Positions 8,972 to 18,844 of a stretch of DNA of 64,000 nucleotides are shown here, piece by piece (position 1 is the stretch's first letter; each line of letters opens with the position of its first letter). The position numbers and the translations under genes are program-made. The stretch covers positions 63,914 through 127,913 of the forward strand of contig JAWLHV010000006.1 in assembly GCA_041690175.1 (NCBI GenBank), written 5' to 3'. The notes under the pieces are model-generated. The model did no database searches and was not told the origin of the DNA. It saw nothing but the letters and a program-made list of their open reading frames with translations. This DNA comes from Dehalococcoidia bacterium. GTDB lineage: Bacteria; Chloroflexota; Dehalococcoidia; UBA2979.

Positions 8972-11302
8972 GTGAACACTGGCATCAACGTCGCCGCGCA
9001 CCTGCCGCAGCAGGATGGCTCGATCTCGCTCCCGGGGCTCCAGGCTCCCCTCGCAATCCATCGTGACCAGCACGGCATTGCCCACGTCGAGGCCTCCAAT
9101 GAGCACGACGCTTGGTTCGGGATGGGCTACACCTGCGCCCAGGACCGGTTGTGGCAGATGGAGTGGTACCGCCGGCGCGGCACCGGGCGGTGGGCGGAGG
9201 TCGCGGGCAAGCCGGGCCTCCCCGCGGATCGCCTCTTCCGCCGGTTCCGGCTGGACGACGCCTCTCGCGCTGACGTCGCGGAACTGACCGCGGAGACGCT
9301 GGCCATGTTCGAGGCATACGCGGCCGGGGTGAACGCCTACGTGGACTCCGGCCAGCCGCTGCCGCCGGAGTACGGACTGACGGGTACGCCCTGGGAGCGC
9401 TGGGAGCCGTGGCAGTCGATCCTCGTCTTCAAGGTGCGCCACGCCATCATGGGGAAGCGTCTCTCCAAGATCGCGCGGCTGGAGATCCTGGCCCGCACGT
9501 CACCTGAGACGTACGCGCTGCTCGAGGGCATCGAGCCGGCTGGCACCAACGTGATCCTGCCGCCGGCAGGGGCCACCTCCTACGCCCGCGCCACCAGCGC
9601 GGAGGAGGCGCGTGCACTCGCGGCTGCGCTGGACACGCTCGCGGTGTCCGAGGGCGGATCGAACTCGTGGGCGGTCCACGGCAGCCGGACCACCACCGGC
9701 AAGCCCGTGCTCTGCAACGACTCGCACCGTCCGCTGGACGTGCCCAACGTCTACTGGCAGGCCCACGTCACCTGCCCGGAGTTCAACGTGGCCGGCGCCG
9801 CCTTCCCCGGCTTCCCGGCGTTCCCGCACTTTGGCTTCAACGGCGACCTGGGGTGGAACATCACGCACGGCCAGGCGGACTACCAGGACCTCTGGCTGGA
9901 GGCGTTCGATCCCGCCGACCCCACTCGCTACCGGACGGAGGACGGCTGGGCACAGGCCGAGGTGACACGCGCCGAGATCCGCGTGAAGGACGGGCCGGCG
10001 GAGCCGGTCACGCTGGTGCGCACGCGCCACGGCGACGTCGTGCACGGCGACCCGGCCTCCGGGCGTGCGATCGCGGTGCGCTATACCGCCACCGACCGCC
10101 CGAACCGGCAGTGGGAGACCCTGCGCCCGATGCTCCTCGCGAAGACTGTGCCCGAGTTGCACGAGACCCAGCGAGGCTGGGAAGAACCCGTGAACGCCAT
10201 CCTCTCCGCGGACGCGGCGGGCAACATTGGCTTCCTGTACCGCGGGCGCATCCCGGTGCGCAGCAGCCGCGCGGGCAGTGAGTTCCCGGTGCCCGGGTGG
10301 ACGGGCGAGTTGACGTGGCAGGGTGACGTCCCGTTTGAACAACTCCCCCAGTCGATCAACCCCTCGGAAGGCTTCCTGGGCACGGCGAACCAGCGTCCCA
10401 CCGACGCTGACGAGCCCTACCTGGCCCACGAGTTCGCCACCCCCGGCCGTTCCACGCGGATCGCGGAATTGCTCCAGGGAGACGCGGTGTTCACCCCCCA
10501 GGAGATCGCGGAACACCAGGCTGACACCACCTCGGTCCGTGCTCGCGGCTGGGCGCAGTTCCTGGCCACGCAAGGCCCCTTCGAGGGCGACGCCGAGCGT
10601 GCCCGCTCCTTGCTGGCGGCGTGGAGCGGGGACCTGGCCGCAGGCAGCGCGGCAGCGCTGCTCTACGCGTGCGCGCGCGTGTCGCTGGTGGAGGCAGTCT
10701 TCCGCCTGATCCTGGGTGAGGAGGCGTGGGCCTACATCTTCTCCGGCGAGAACGACAATGCGCCGCAGCACCTGAGTCGCTGGATGTACTACCTGGGAGA
10801 GCGGCTGCCCGGCTCCGCTGCCACCCCGGACGGACGCCCGTGGGGCGAGGTGCTGCCCGCGGCCCTGGCAGCCGCGTGGGCACGGGCGACCGAACTCGGC
10901 GGCTCGGAACCGGCCGCATGGAGATGGGGCGAGGTGCACCGCACCAGCGCACAGCACTCGCTGGCCGCGGCACTCCCGGACCTCGCAGCGGAGTTGAACC
11001 CGCCATCGGTGGGCGTGGGCGGCGACTCGGATACGCTGCAGGTCGCTGGCTATTCCTCGGCGCCGGGGACCACGTTCGCGCTGACCAACCTCTCCGTCTA
11101 TCGGCAGGTGGTGGACTTCGCTGCCGACGAGCCGGCCACCTGGATCATCCCGGGCGGCGCCTCCGGGATCCCCGGGTCGCGCCACTACGCCGACCAGTTG
11201 GAGGCGTGGCGGGCGCATCAGCGGGTGCCCGTGCACCACGCCCCCGAGCGCATGCGAGCCGCGGCCGCCACCACGCTCACCCTCCAGCCCACAGACGAGT
11301 AG
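8972..11302 (+). CDS. Penicillin acylase family (S45) Ntn-hydrolase
   Basis: IHRDQHGIAH, GYTCAQDRLWQME, GSNSWAV (N-terminal nucleophile Ser of the beta chain), NDSH, IPGGASG; start GTG 8972. Confidence 0.9.
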   Translation: MNTGINVAAHLPQQDGSISLPGLQAPLAIHRDQHGIAHVEASNEHDAWFGMGYTCAQDRLWQMEWYRRRGTGRWAEVAGKPGLPADRLFRRFRLDDASRADVAELTAETLAMFEAYAAGVNAYVDSGQPLPPEYGLTGTPWERWEPWQSILVFKVRHAIMGKRLSKIARLEILARTSPETYALLEGIEPAGTNVILPPAGATSYARATSAEEARALAAALDTLAVSEGGSNSWAVHGSRTTTGKPVLCNDSHRPLDVPNVYWQAHVTCPEFNVAGAAFPGFPAFPHFGFNGDLGWNITHGQADYQDLWLEAFDPADPTRYRTEDGWAQAEVTRAEIRVKDGPAEPVTLVRTRHGDVVHGDPASGRAIAVRYTATDRPNRQWETLRPMLLAKTVPELHETQRGWEEPVNAILSADAAGNIGFLYRGRIPVRSSRAGSEFPVPGWTGELTWQGDVPFEQLPQSINPSEGFLGTANQRPTDADEPYLAHEFATPGRSTRIAELLQGDAVFTPQEIAEHQADTTSVRARGWAQFLATQGPFEGDAERARSLLAAWSGDLAAGSAAALLYACARVSLVEAVFRLILGEEAWAYIFSGENDNAPQHLSRWMYYLGERLPGSAATPDGRPWGEVLPAALAAAWARATELGGSEPAAWRWGEVHRTSAQHSLAAALPDLAAELNPPSVGVGGDSDTLQVAGYSSAPGTTFALTNLSVYRQVVDFAADEPATWIIPGGASGIPGSRHYADQLEAWRAHQRVPVHHAPERMRAAAATTLTLQPTDE

Positions 11303-11331
11303 ACCCGCAGCCCGAGACAGAGGAGGCCCCC

Positions 11332-12873
11332 ATGCCCGAGCAGTTCGACCTGGTGATCCGAGGCGGCACCGTCCTGGACGGCAGCGGCGCACACGGCGTC
11401 CGTGCCGACGTGGCCGTGCGCGGCGACCGCATCGTCACGGTGGGGTCGGTGGCCGAGGATGCCGTGGCCGGTGAGACGGTGGACGCCCAGCGGCTGGTCG
11501 TTGCCCCGGGGTTCATCGACGTCCACGCCCACGACGACACGCTGGTGCTGGTGGAGCCGGACTGCGAGGGCAAGGTGATGCAGGGCGTCACCACCGTCAT
11601 CAACGGCAACTGCGGCGCCGGCGTGGTGCCGTTCCGCTCCAGCCGGCGCGCACAGGAGGCGGGCGGAGACGTGCCGACGTGGGACTCCTACGGCGGCTAC
11701 CTGGACGCCATCGCCTCGCATCCACCGTCGCAGAACATCGCCACGCTGGTGGGATTCGGCACCATGCGCGCGGGTGCGCTGGGGGGCGCACTGCCGTCGT
11801 TCGGCACCACGCCGTCCTCCAGCGGCGTGCCGGGCGCCAACGTCGAGCGCCCCGCCACCGCCGAGGAGATCGCGCAGATGCAGGCCTGGCTCCGGGACGG
11901 CCTGGAGGCGGGCGCGGTGGGCATGTCCACCGGCCTGATCTACGAGCCTGACCGCTACGCGACCACGGACGAGATCGTGGAGGTCGCCCGCCCGCTGGCG
12001 GACTTCGGCGCGCTCTACGCCTCCCACGTCCGCGGCGAGGGCGCCACGCTGCTGGACGCGCACGCCGAGGCCATGGAGATCGGCCGTCGGCTGGGCGTGC
12101 CGGTGCAGATCTCCCACCACAAGGCCAGCGGCCGCGCCTTCTGGGGCCGCGTGCGCGACTCGATCCGGCAGATCGAGGAGGCGCGCGCCCGCGGCGAGGA
12201 CGTGACCACGGACCAGTACCCGTACACCGCCGGCAGCACGCGCCTCGCCGCATTGCTGCTCAACGGGCGCATCGGCGACTCCACCTCGGACGGGCTGCGG
12301 GGCGAGGACGTGCTGCTCGCCTCAGTCCCCGACCGGCCGGAGTGGGAGGGCAAGTCCGTGGCGGACCTGGCGGACGAGTGGGACCTGCCCGCGGAGCAGG
12401 CGGCAGCGCGCGTGGTGGAGGAGGGTGGCCGCGCCACGATCGTGGTGCAGTTCGCGATGGACGAGGCGGACGTGCGCACGGTGCTCGCGCACCCCACCAC
12501 CATGGTGGGCACGGACGGCCTGGGCTTCGGATCGCGGCCCCATCCGCGCCACTACGGCACCTACCCGCGCATCCTGGGCAAGTACGTCCGCGAGGAGGGC
12601 GTGATCACACTGGAGGACGCCGTCTGGAAGATGACCGGCTTCCCGGCCACGCGCTTCAACCTGCCGGGCCGCGGCTTCGTCCGCGAGGGACACATCGCGG
12701 ACCTGGTGCTCTTCGACCCGGACACCGTGGTCGACACGGCCACCTACGAGGACTCCCGGCGCACACCCGTGGGGATGCCGTGGGTGTTCGTGAACGGGAC
12801 GGCGGTGGTGCGCGACGGGCAGCACACCCACGCTCGGGCCGGGCGCCCCGTGCGCCGAGGCCAAGACGCGTAG
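11332..12873 (+). CDS. N-acyl-D-amino-acid deacylase (D-aminoacylase) family amidohydrolase
   Basis: PGFIDVHAHDD, GVTTVINGNCG, YASHVRGE, ISHHK, MVGTDG, PHPRHYGTYPR. Confidence 0.88.
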   Translation: MPEQFDLVIRGGTVLDGSGAHGVRADVAVRGDRIVTVGSVAEDAVAGETVDAQRLVVAPGFIDVHAHDDTLVLVEPDCEGKVMQGVTTVINGNCGAGVVPFRSSRRAQEAGGDVPTWDSYGGYLDAIASHPPSQNIATLVGFGTMRAGALGGALPSFGTTPSSSGVPGANVERPATAEEIAQMQAWLRDGLEAGAVGMSTGLIYEPDRYATTDEIVEVARPLADFGALYASHVRGEGATLLDAHAEAMEIGRRLGVPVQISHHKASGRAFWGRVRDSIRQIEEARARGEDVTTDQYPYTAGSTRLAALLLNGRIGDSTSDGLRGEDVLLASVPDRPEWEGKSVADLADEWDLPAEQAAARVVEEGGRATIVVQFAMDEADVRTVLAHPTTMVGTDGLGFGSRPHPRHYGTYPRILGKYVREEGVITLEDAVWKMTGFPATRFNLPGRGFVREGHIADLVLFDPDTVVDTATYEDSRRTPVGMPWVFVNGTAVVRDGQHTHARAGRPVRRGQDA

Positions 12874-12906
12874 GGGACGCGTAGGGGACGCGTAGGGACG
12901 CAGGGG
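12865..12906 (+). repeat. Tandem repeat: 3 perfect copies of GACGCGTAGGG plus one degenerate copy
   Basis: Copies at 12865-12875, 12876-12886 and 12887-12897; the first contains the upstream gene's stop codon. Confidence 0.9.
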
Positions 12907-12919
12907 AGCGGGGGATTCG

Positions 12920-14458
12920 ATGGCCGAGGTGTACGACGTGGTGGTGCTGGGCGCCGGCTCCGCGGGGGCGGTGGTGGCGGCGCGGGCCTCGGAAGACCCG
13001 AACCGCAGCGTGCTGCTGGTGGAGGCTGGCCCGGACTACGCGCGGATCACGGACACGCCGTATGACCTGGTGAACTCCTACCAGAACTCACTGGTGGACC
13101 ACGACTGGAAGCACGCCTACCAGCCCACGGCGGAGGCGCCCAGCACGCCGTTTCCTCGAGGGCGCGTGACCGGCGGCTCCTCCGCGGTGAACACCACCAT
13201 CGCCCTGCGCGGCGTGCCGGAGGACTACGACGGCTGGGCGGCGCAGGGGAACCCGGAGTGGGCGTGGGACCGCGTACTCCCGGCCTTCAAGCGCCTGGAG
13301 CGCGACCTGGACTACCCGGACGCGCCGCATCATGGCGACGCCGGCCCCATCCTGATCCGACGCTACCCCTGGGACGAACTGACGGAGACGCACCAGGCGT
13401 GGATGGAGACCGCGAAGAACCTGGGCTATCCGGAACTCCAGGATCAAAACGACCCGCAGGGTTCCGGCTACGGCCCGCAGCCCATGAACAAACTCGCGCG
13501 GCTGCGCATCTCCACGGCCATCGGCTACCTCGCGCCTGCGCGCATCCGCCCCAACTTCACCCTGCGCTCGGACACGCATGTCCGACGCCTGATCGTGGAG
13601 GGTGGCCGCGTGGTCGCGGCGGAAGTGGAGACCGCCGGCGAGGTCTCCCGCATCGAGGGGCGGCTGTTCGTGCTGTCCGCCGGTGCCATCCAGACGCCGC
13701 CGGTGCTGCTGCGCTCCGGCATCGGGCCGCGTCGCGAACTCGAGCGGCTGGGCGTACCGCTGGTGGCGGACGTGCCGGGGGTGGGAGAGAACCTCTGCGA
13801 CCACCCGGCGATCGGGGTGATCTGCGAGTTGAAGGACCCCTCGCTGGCGTCCTCCGCGATGCCTCTCATCCAGACGATCATGCGCTACACGGCGCCGGGC
13901 TCGGAGCACCGGAACGACCTGCAGGTGGAACTGATCACCTGGGTGCAGCGCCAGGAGCGCGAGGGGTACGTCTCCATCTCCGCCGTCCTGGAGCAGTCCT
14001 ACGGGCGCGGCTTCGTGCGACTGCCCTCCGCGGACCCGCATGCCCAGCCGATGGTGGAGCCGCACTTCTGCGAGGACGACCGTGACTCCAGCCGCCTGGT
14101 GGCGAACGTGCGCGACTGCCTCGCCTTTGCCGAGGCGAAGCCGCTCGGCGACTACATCGAGCGCGTGACCTTCCCGGACGTGGCGCGGGGCGTGGACGAC
14201 GCGTCGCTGACGCGCCTGGTGCGGCGCTTCGCGCGTAGCGGCTACCACCCCTGCGGCACGGCCAAGATGGGCCCGGCCACGGACCCGATGGCGGTAGTGG
14301 ACCAGTACGGGCGCGCGCACGCGGTGGAGGGGCTGGTGGTGGCGGACGCCTCGATCATGCCGGAGGTGCCACGCGCCAATACCAACCTGACCGCGATCAT
14401 GATCGGCGAGCGCATCGGCGAGTGGATCCGCACACGGGCGGGGGACTACGGCCTGTAG
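12920..14458 (+). CDS. GMC family FAD oxidoreductase (choline dehydrogenase-like)
   Basis: VVVLGAGSAG, PRGRVTGGSSAVN, LSAGAIQTPPVLLRSGIG, YHPCGTAKMG, RANTNL. Confidence 0.9.
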   Translation: MAEVYDVVVLGAGSAGAVVAARASEDPNRSVLLVEAGPDYARITDTPYDLVNSYQNSLVDHDWKHAYQPTAEAPSTPFPRGRVTGGSSAVNTTIALRGVPEDYDGWAAQGNPEWAWDRVLPAFKRLERDLDYPDAPHHGDAGPILIRRYPWDELTETHQAWMETAKNLGYPELQDQNDPQGSGYGPQPMNKLARLRISTAIGYLAPARIRPNFTLRSDTHVRRLIVEGGRVVAAEVETAGEVSRIEGRLFVLSAGAIQTPPVLLRSGIGPRRELERLGVPLVADVPGVGENLCDHPAIGVICELKDPSLASSAMPLIQTIMRYTAPGSEHRNDLQVELITWVQRQEREGYVSISAVLEQSYGRGFVRLPSADPHAQPMVEPHFCEDDRDSSRLVANVRDCLAFAEAKPLGDYIERVTFPDVARGVDDASLTRLVRRFARSGYHPCGTAKMGPATDPMAVVDQYGRAHAVEGLVVADASIMPEVPRANTNLTAIMIGERIGEWIRTRAGDYGL

Positions 14459-15462
14459 CCCTCGCGGGCGGGCTCGGCCGCGGCGCCATGGTGCGCCTCG
14501 TCGCGGCGGGAACCCAGGCGGAGCAACTCCCGGGGCGAGACGCCCAGCGCCCAGAACGCCACCAGGCCGGTGACGTTGATCCACGCGTTCACCAGCAGGT
14601 GCGTGGCCAGCGCGTAGGAGAGCGCCAGGTCGGCCGGCGCGCCGGCAATGGTCATCACCGCGCTGACCAGCGCCTCGTACGGCCCGATGTTCCAGAGCCC
14701 CAGTGGCACCGCGACGGCGAGGTTCGCGGCGACCATGGCCGCGAGGTACGCGGGCAGCGGCACGTCCAGCCCGAACGCCTGCCCCATCAGCGCGAACATC
14801 CCCGCCTCCAGCAGCCATGCCGGCAGCGAGAGCGCGATTGCCCCTACCGCCCGCGAGGGCGTCCCCAGCGCATCCAGCCCCTCGCGAAGGTCGTCCAGCA
14901 CGCCGCGCAGGCGGGCCGGAAGGGGCAGCCGCGACGCGTGGTGACGGAGCGTCACGGCCAGCGCGAAGACGGCGACTGCGGCCGCGGCGAAGCCCGCCAC
15001 CACCGCCTGCGTGACGCCGGGCACGTCGTCCAGGTCCAGGAACGCGACCCCGAAGCCGAGGAGCACGACGAATACGACGGCATCCAGCGTGGCCTCCACC
15101 ACGAAGACCGAACCGGCGACACCGGCGCGCGACATGCCGTAGCGGTTCGCCAGCACCTGGATCTTCGCCAGGTCGCCGGCGCGGAGCGGCAGCAGGTTGT
15201 TCACCATGTTGCCGATGAGGAATGCGCCGAACAGCGCGCCCTGCGGCGGTCGGCCCACGCCCCGCAGCAGGTAGCGCCAGCGGTAGGCGTCCACGAACTT
15301 CGCCAGCGTGAAGAGTGGCAGCGCCGGCACGATCCACCACGGCTCGACGCCCCGCAGGGCATCTCCCAGCGCCTCGAGGTCCACCACGCGCAGCGCCAGC
15401 GCCAGGAAGGCCGCCGTCACCGCTGCCTGGAACGCCAACCGCAGCCAGAGGTTTCGGGGCAC
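14446..15462 (-). CDS. Lysylphosphatidylglycerol synthase TM-domain (UPF0104, flippase-like) membrane protein
   Basis: YRWRYLL, GNMVNNLLPLRAGDLAK, multiple TM helices, GPYEA near the C-terminus; start uncertain (15462 or 15507). Confidence 0.75.
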   Translation of the reverse strand: MPRNLWLRLAFQAAVTAAFLALALRVVDLEALGDALRGVEPWWIVPALPLFTLAKFVDAYRWRYLLRGVGRPPQGALFGAFLIGNMVNNLLPLRAGDLAKIQVLANRYGMSRAGVAGSVFVVEATLDAVVFVVLLGFGVAFLDLDDVPGVTQAVVAGFAAAAVAVFALAVTLRHHASRLPLPARLRGVLDDLREGLDALGTPSRAVGAIALSLPAWLLEAGMFALMGQAFGLDVPLPAYLAAMVAANLAVAVPLGLWNIGPYEALVSAVMTIAGAPADLALSYALATHLLVNAWINVTGLVAFWALGVSPRELLRLGSRRDEAHHGAAAEPAREGYRP

Positions 15463-15514
15463 CGGCGCCCTCCGATCCGCCGGATCGTAGGCGGCACGGC
15501 CTATCATCCCCGCC

Positions 15515-16309
15515 ATGCAGCAAGCAGCCGACCCCTCGATGCAGGCGCTGATCGATGACCTCGTGGCGGAGCAGGACGCGCTGGACGCTGCCATCCGGGA
15601 CGTGCCGCACGAGCGCTGGGAAGTGGACTCGCCCGCGCATGGGTGGCGGATGCGCGACTGCATCGCGCACCTGGCGGAGATGGACGACCTGGCGGCGGAG
15701 ATCGCCGAGACCCGCGCCTACCCCCGCCGGAGCCGCGAGGGCGCCGAGGGCGTCCTGAGCGCCCTCCAGGTGGAGGCGCGCGCCCTGAGCGTCCCGGACC
15801 TGCTGGCGTGGTGGCGTCGGGCGCGGGCACGCCTCGCGGCGGCGCTGTTGCCCCTCGAAGGTCGCGCGCGGCTGCCGTGGGCTGGCAACGAGATGGGCGT
15901 GCGTTCCTTCGCCACTGCGCGCCTGATGGAGTGCTGGTCGCACGGCCTGGACGCGCTGGACGCGGCCGGCGTCCCGGCGGTGGACTCCGACCGCCTGCGG
16001 CACGTCGCCCACCTGGGCTACAGCACGCGCGCCTTCGCGTACCACGTGCGCGGCCTCCCCGCGAACGACGAACCGCTCCGCGTGGAGATCCAGGCGCCCT
16101 CCGGGACGGTTTGGACGTGGGGGCCAGAGGATGCGTCGAACCGGGTGACCGGTTCCGCGGGCGACTTCTGCCGCGTGGTCACCCAGCGCATCCACTACCT
16201 GGACACGACCCTGGCCGCGGAGGGCGAGGCCGCGCGTGAGTTCCTGGTGATCGCCCAGGCGTTCGCCGGCCCGCCCGGCGAAGGGCGCCCTCCTCAGTCC
16301 GAGGGCTGA
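15515..16309 (+). CDS. TIGR03084-like metal-binding protein (mycothiol-dependent maleylpyruvate isomerase N-terminal fold)
   Basis: SPAHGWRMRDCIAHLA, ARLMECWSHGLD, LRHVAHLG, GSAGDFCRVVTQR, IAQAFAGPPG. Confidence 0.8.
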   Translation: MQQAADPSMQALIDDLVAEQDALDAAIRDVPHERWEVDSPAHGWRMRDCIAHLAEMDDLAAEIAETRAYPRRSREGAEGVLSALQVEARALSVPDLLAWWRRARARLAAALLPLEGRARLPWAGNEMGVRSFATARLMECWSHGLDALDAAGVPAVDSDRLRHVAHLGYSTRAFAYHVRGLPANDEPLRVEIQAPSGTVWTWGPEDASNRVTGSAGDFCRVVTQRIHYLDTTLAAEGEAAREFLVIAQAFAGPPGEGRPPQSEG

Positions 16310-16315
16310 CCGCGG

Positions 16316-18775
16316 CTAGGTGAGCGCGCCCGCGGCCGCGTACTCCGCCATCTCCTGCTCCGTGAGGCCCAGGAAGTCGCGCAGCACCATCTCCGTGTGC
16401 TCGCCCAGCGCGGGTGCGGCCCGATGCAGGCGGACGCGCTTGGCGGAGAAGTGGGTGGGCAGGCCGTCGTACGGCACCACGCCCATGACCGAGTGTTCGA
16501 GCGGCACGAAGAAGCCTCGATGAGCCAGTTGCGGGTCGCGATGGAGGTCGCTCATGCGCTGCACGGCGGCCGCCGGGACGCCCGCAGTCACGAGGCGCTC
16601 CTCCAGCGCGAACGCGTCCTGCCCTGAGGCCCACGCGCCGAGCGCGGCATCGATGGCGTCCCGCGCCGCGAGGCGCGACTGCAGCGTGTCGTGCGCCGCC
16701 AGGCCGTGGAGCGGCGCGAGGGCGCATAGCGCGCGCCACTGCTCCTCGGTCTCCGTGGCGATGGCGATGTAGCGCTCCGTGCCCGCGGTGGCGTAGACGC
16801 CGTGCGGGGAGGCGACCGGCGAGTCCAGGCCGGCGGCGACGGCGATGCGTCCGTTCACCAGTTGGTCCAGCAGCAGCGGCGCGACGAACTGCAGGGCGCC
16901 CTCCACCTGGGCAAGGTCGATGTGCTGCCCCTTGCCGCTGCGGCGGCGCTCCCAGACGGCTGCGGCCAGGGCCGGGACGCCCACGCGGGGCGTGATGACG
17001 TCCGTGTAGGGACCGTGCGGGCCGCAGGGGGCGCGGTCCGGCCAGCCGGTGATGCTGTGCAGGCCAGAGAGCGCCGCGCCGTGCTGACCGTAGCCGCCGT
17101 AGCGGGCGAGCGGGCCAGTCTGCCCCATCAGGCAGGTACTCAACATAATCAGATCGTGGCGGTCGCGCGTGACCGTCTCGTAGTCCAGCCCCAGCCGTTG
17201 CATCGTGCCAGGCGTGAATGACTCCACCACCACGTCCGCCCAGTCGATGAGCCGCCGGGCGACCTCGCGGCCCTCGTTGCTGCCGAGGTTCACGGACACG
17301 CCGTACTTGGAGGAGTTGAGGTTGGCCGTCCACTGGCTGCGATTCAGGCCGGGGATCCCGTCCAGGAACGGCGGCAGGCTCCTCAGCAGGTCCGGCCGCG
17401 TGGCGGACTCCACGCGCACGACGGTGGCGCCGTGGTCCGCGAACGCCTTGGCGGTCATGGGGCCCGCGCCTACCCACGAGAAGTCCACGACCTTCAGTCC
17501 CGCGAACGCCTCGCCCAGTCGCTCGCCCTCGACGGCTGCAGGCAGCGGCGCCGGTGGCTCCGAGGTCCACCGCGCCGCCACCTCCTCGCCGCCCTCGTCC
17601 AGCGCCGGCGCCGGCGGGCCGAGGCGCGCGGCAGTGCGGGAGAGCCGGAAGGGCGGGCCGGGGTAGCGGTCGCCGCTGGGGTCACCCGGGATGGCCTGCC
17701 AGAAGCCACGCGCGGCCAGGTGCGCGTCCGCCACGATGTCGCTCGTGTCCTGAACGGGCGCCAGCCGCAGGTCTACCGAGGTGGCCCAGTCCAGCAGTTC
17801 TCGCTTGGTGTGCGCCTGGATGAACTGGGTGATCAGGCCCTGGACGGCCTCCATCGCGTCCGTGCCCACCTGTCCGGCTTCCGCCAGGGCGCCGAAGCGT
17901 AGCCAGTCCACCTGGCGGAGTTCGTCCGGGGCACCCAGCCGCTCCAGCACGCCCGGCATGATCGAGACGGCGCCGGCGATCGTGAAGTTCACAATCACCC
18001 AGCCGTCCTTGCAGGGGGCCATCGTCCGCTCGTGCCGGCCGGGCACCAGCGCTCGGTCGTCGCCTCCGCCGGGGGGTTCCTGCCCGGTCATGGTGAAGTA
18101 CGCGGGCTGATCCATCAGCGTCCAGACCATGACCTCCTGCATGGAGAGGTCCAGGTGCTGGCCGCGCCCGGAGAGGTCGCGTTCGTTGAGCGCAATCACG
18201 GCGTCCGCGGCAGCGTGGCCGCCCGCCTGGAACGCCGCCTGCGGGAAGCCCACAGGGACGGGTGGACGGTCGCGGTCGCCCTGCAGGCTCAGCCGCCCGC
18301 CGGCTGCCTCCACCACCAGTTCCGTGGCCGGCCACGCCGCCTTCGGCCCTCGGTGCCCGTACGGACTGACTGAGACGTAGACGAGCCGTGGGTTCCGCTC
18401 CGCGAGCGCGGCGTACCCCAGGCCCAGCGCGTCCATGACACCGGGGCCAGCCGACTCCAGCAGGATGTCCGCGCGCTCCGCCAGCGCGGCGACACGTTCG
18501 CGGCCCTCCGGAGCATCGAGGTCCAACACCAGGCTGCGCTTGCCGAGCCCCAGCGCCGCCCAGTAGAGCGACCGCCCCTCGGCGCCTGCGCGGTCATCGA
18601 AAGGTGGGAGGCTGCGGGCGCGAGCGCCCCCCGGGGGCTCCACCTTCAGCACCTCGGCACCCAGGGCGGCGAGGAGCCGCCCGGCCATCTCGGCACGTTG
18701 GTCAGCCAGGTCCAGCACGCGGACGCCGGCCAGGGGCGGGGGAGCGGGCTCGCTGCCCGGCGATGTGTCGGTCAT
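16316..18775 (-). CDS. Class III CoA-transferase (CaiB/BaiF) with two fused domains
   Basis: LAGVRVLDL and FAGLKVVDFSWVGAGP, NSSKYGVSVNL, DVVVESFTPG. Confidence 0.9.
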   Translation of the reverse strand: MTDTSPGSEPAPPPLAGVRVLDLADQRAEMAGRLLAALGAEVLKVEPPGGARARSLPPFDDRAGAEGRSLYWAALGLGKRSLVLDLDAPEGRERVAALAERADILLESAGPGVMDALGLGYAALAERNPRLVYVSVSPYGHRGPKAAWPATELVVEAAGGRLSLQGDRDRPPVPVGFPQAAFQAGGHAAADAVIALNERDLSGRGQHLDLSMQEVMVWTLMDQPAYFTMTGQEPPGGGDDRALVPGRHERTMAPCKDGWVIVNFTIAGAVSIMPGVLERLGAPDELRQVDWLRFGALAEAGQVGTDAMEAVQGLITQFIQAHTKRELLDWATSVDLRLAPVQDTSDIVADAHLAARGFWQAIPGDPSGDRYPGPPFRLSRTAARLGPPAPALDEGGEEVAARWTSEPPAPLPAAVEGERLGEAFAGLKVVDFSWVGAGPMTAKAFADHGATVVRVESATRPDLLRSLPPFLDGIPGLNRSQWTANLNSSKYGVSVNLGSNEGREVARRLIDWADVVVESFTPGTMQRLGLDYETVTRDRHDLIMLSTCLMGQTGPLARYGGYGQHGAALSGLHSITGWPDRAPCGPHGPYTDVITPRVGVPALAAAVWERRRSGKGQHIDLAQVEGALQFVAPLLLDQLVNGRIAVAAGLDSPVASPHGVYATAGTERYIAIATETEEQWRALCALAPLHGLAAHDTLQSRLAARDAIDAALGAWASGQDAFALEERLVTAGVPAAAVQRMSDLHRDPQLAHRGFFVPLEHSVMGVVPYDGLPTHFSAKRVRLHRAAPALGEHTEMVLRDFLGLTEQEMAEYAAAGALT

Positions 18776-18844
18776 GCGGGGGTTATAGCACTGCCGGCGC
18801 GCGCCTCGATTGCCCGAGCCACCGGGCGAGGGGATAGTGCCGCA

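Noticed and set aside
7892-12873. Apparent N-terminally extended acylase (1136 aa) and deacylase (715 aa) in the ORF track
   Set aside because: The extensions overlap upstream genes in another frame, are Arg/Gly/Pro-rich, and RBS-backed starts exist at 8972 and 11332
12865-12906. Possible CRISPR or iteron array
   Set aside because: Units are 11 nt, contiguous and lack spacers; no cas or rep genes
13088-16195. 1035-aa minus-strand ORF
   Set aside because: Antisense or out-of-frame shadow of real genes; long stop-free frames are expected at this GC content
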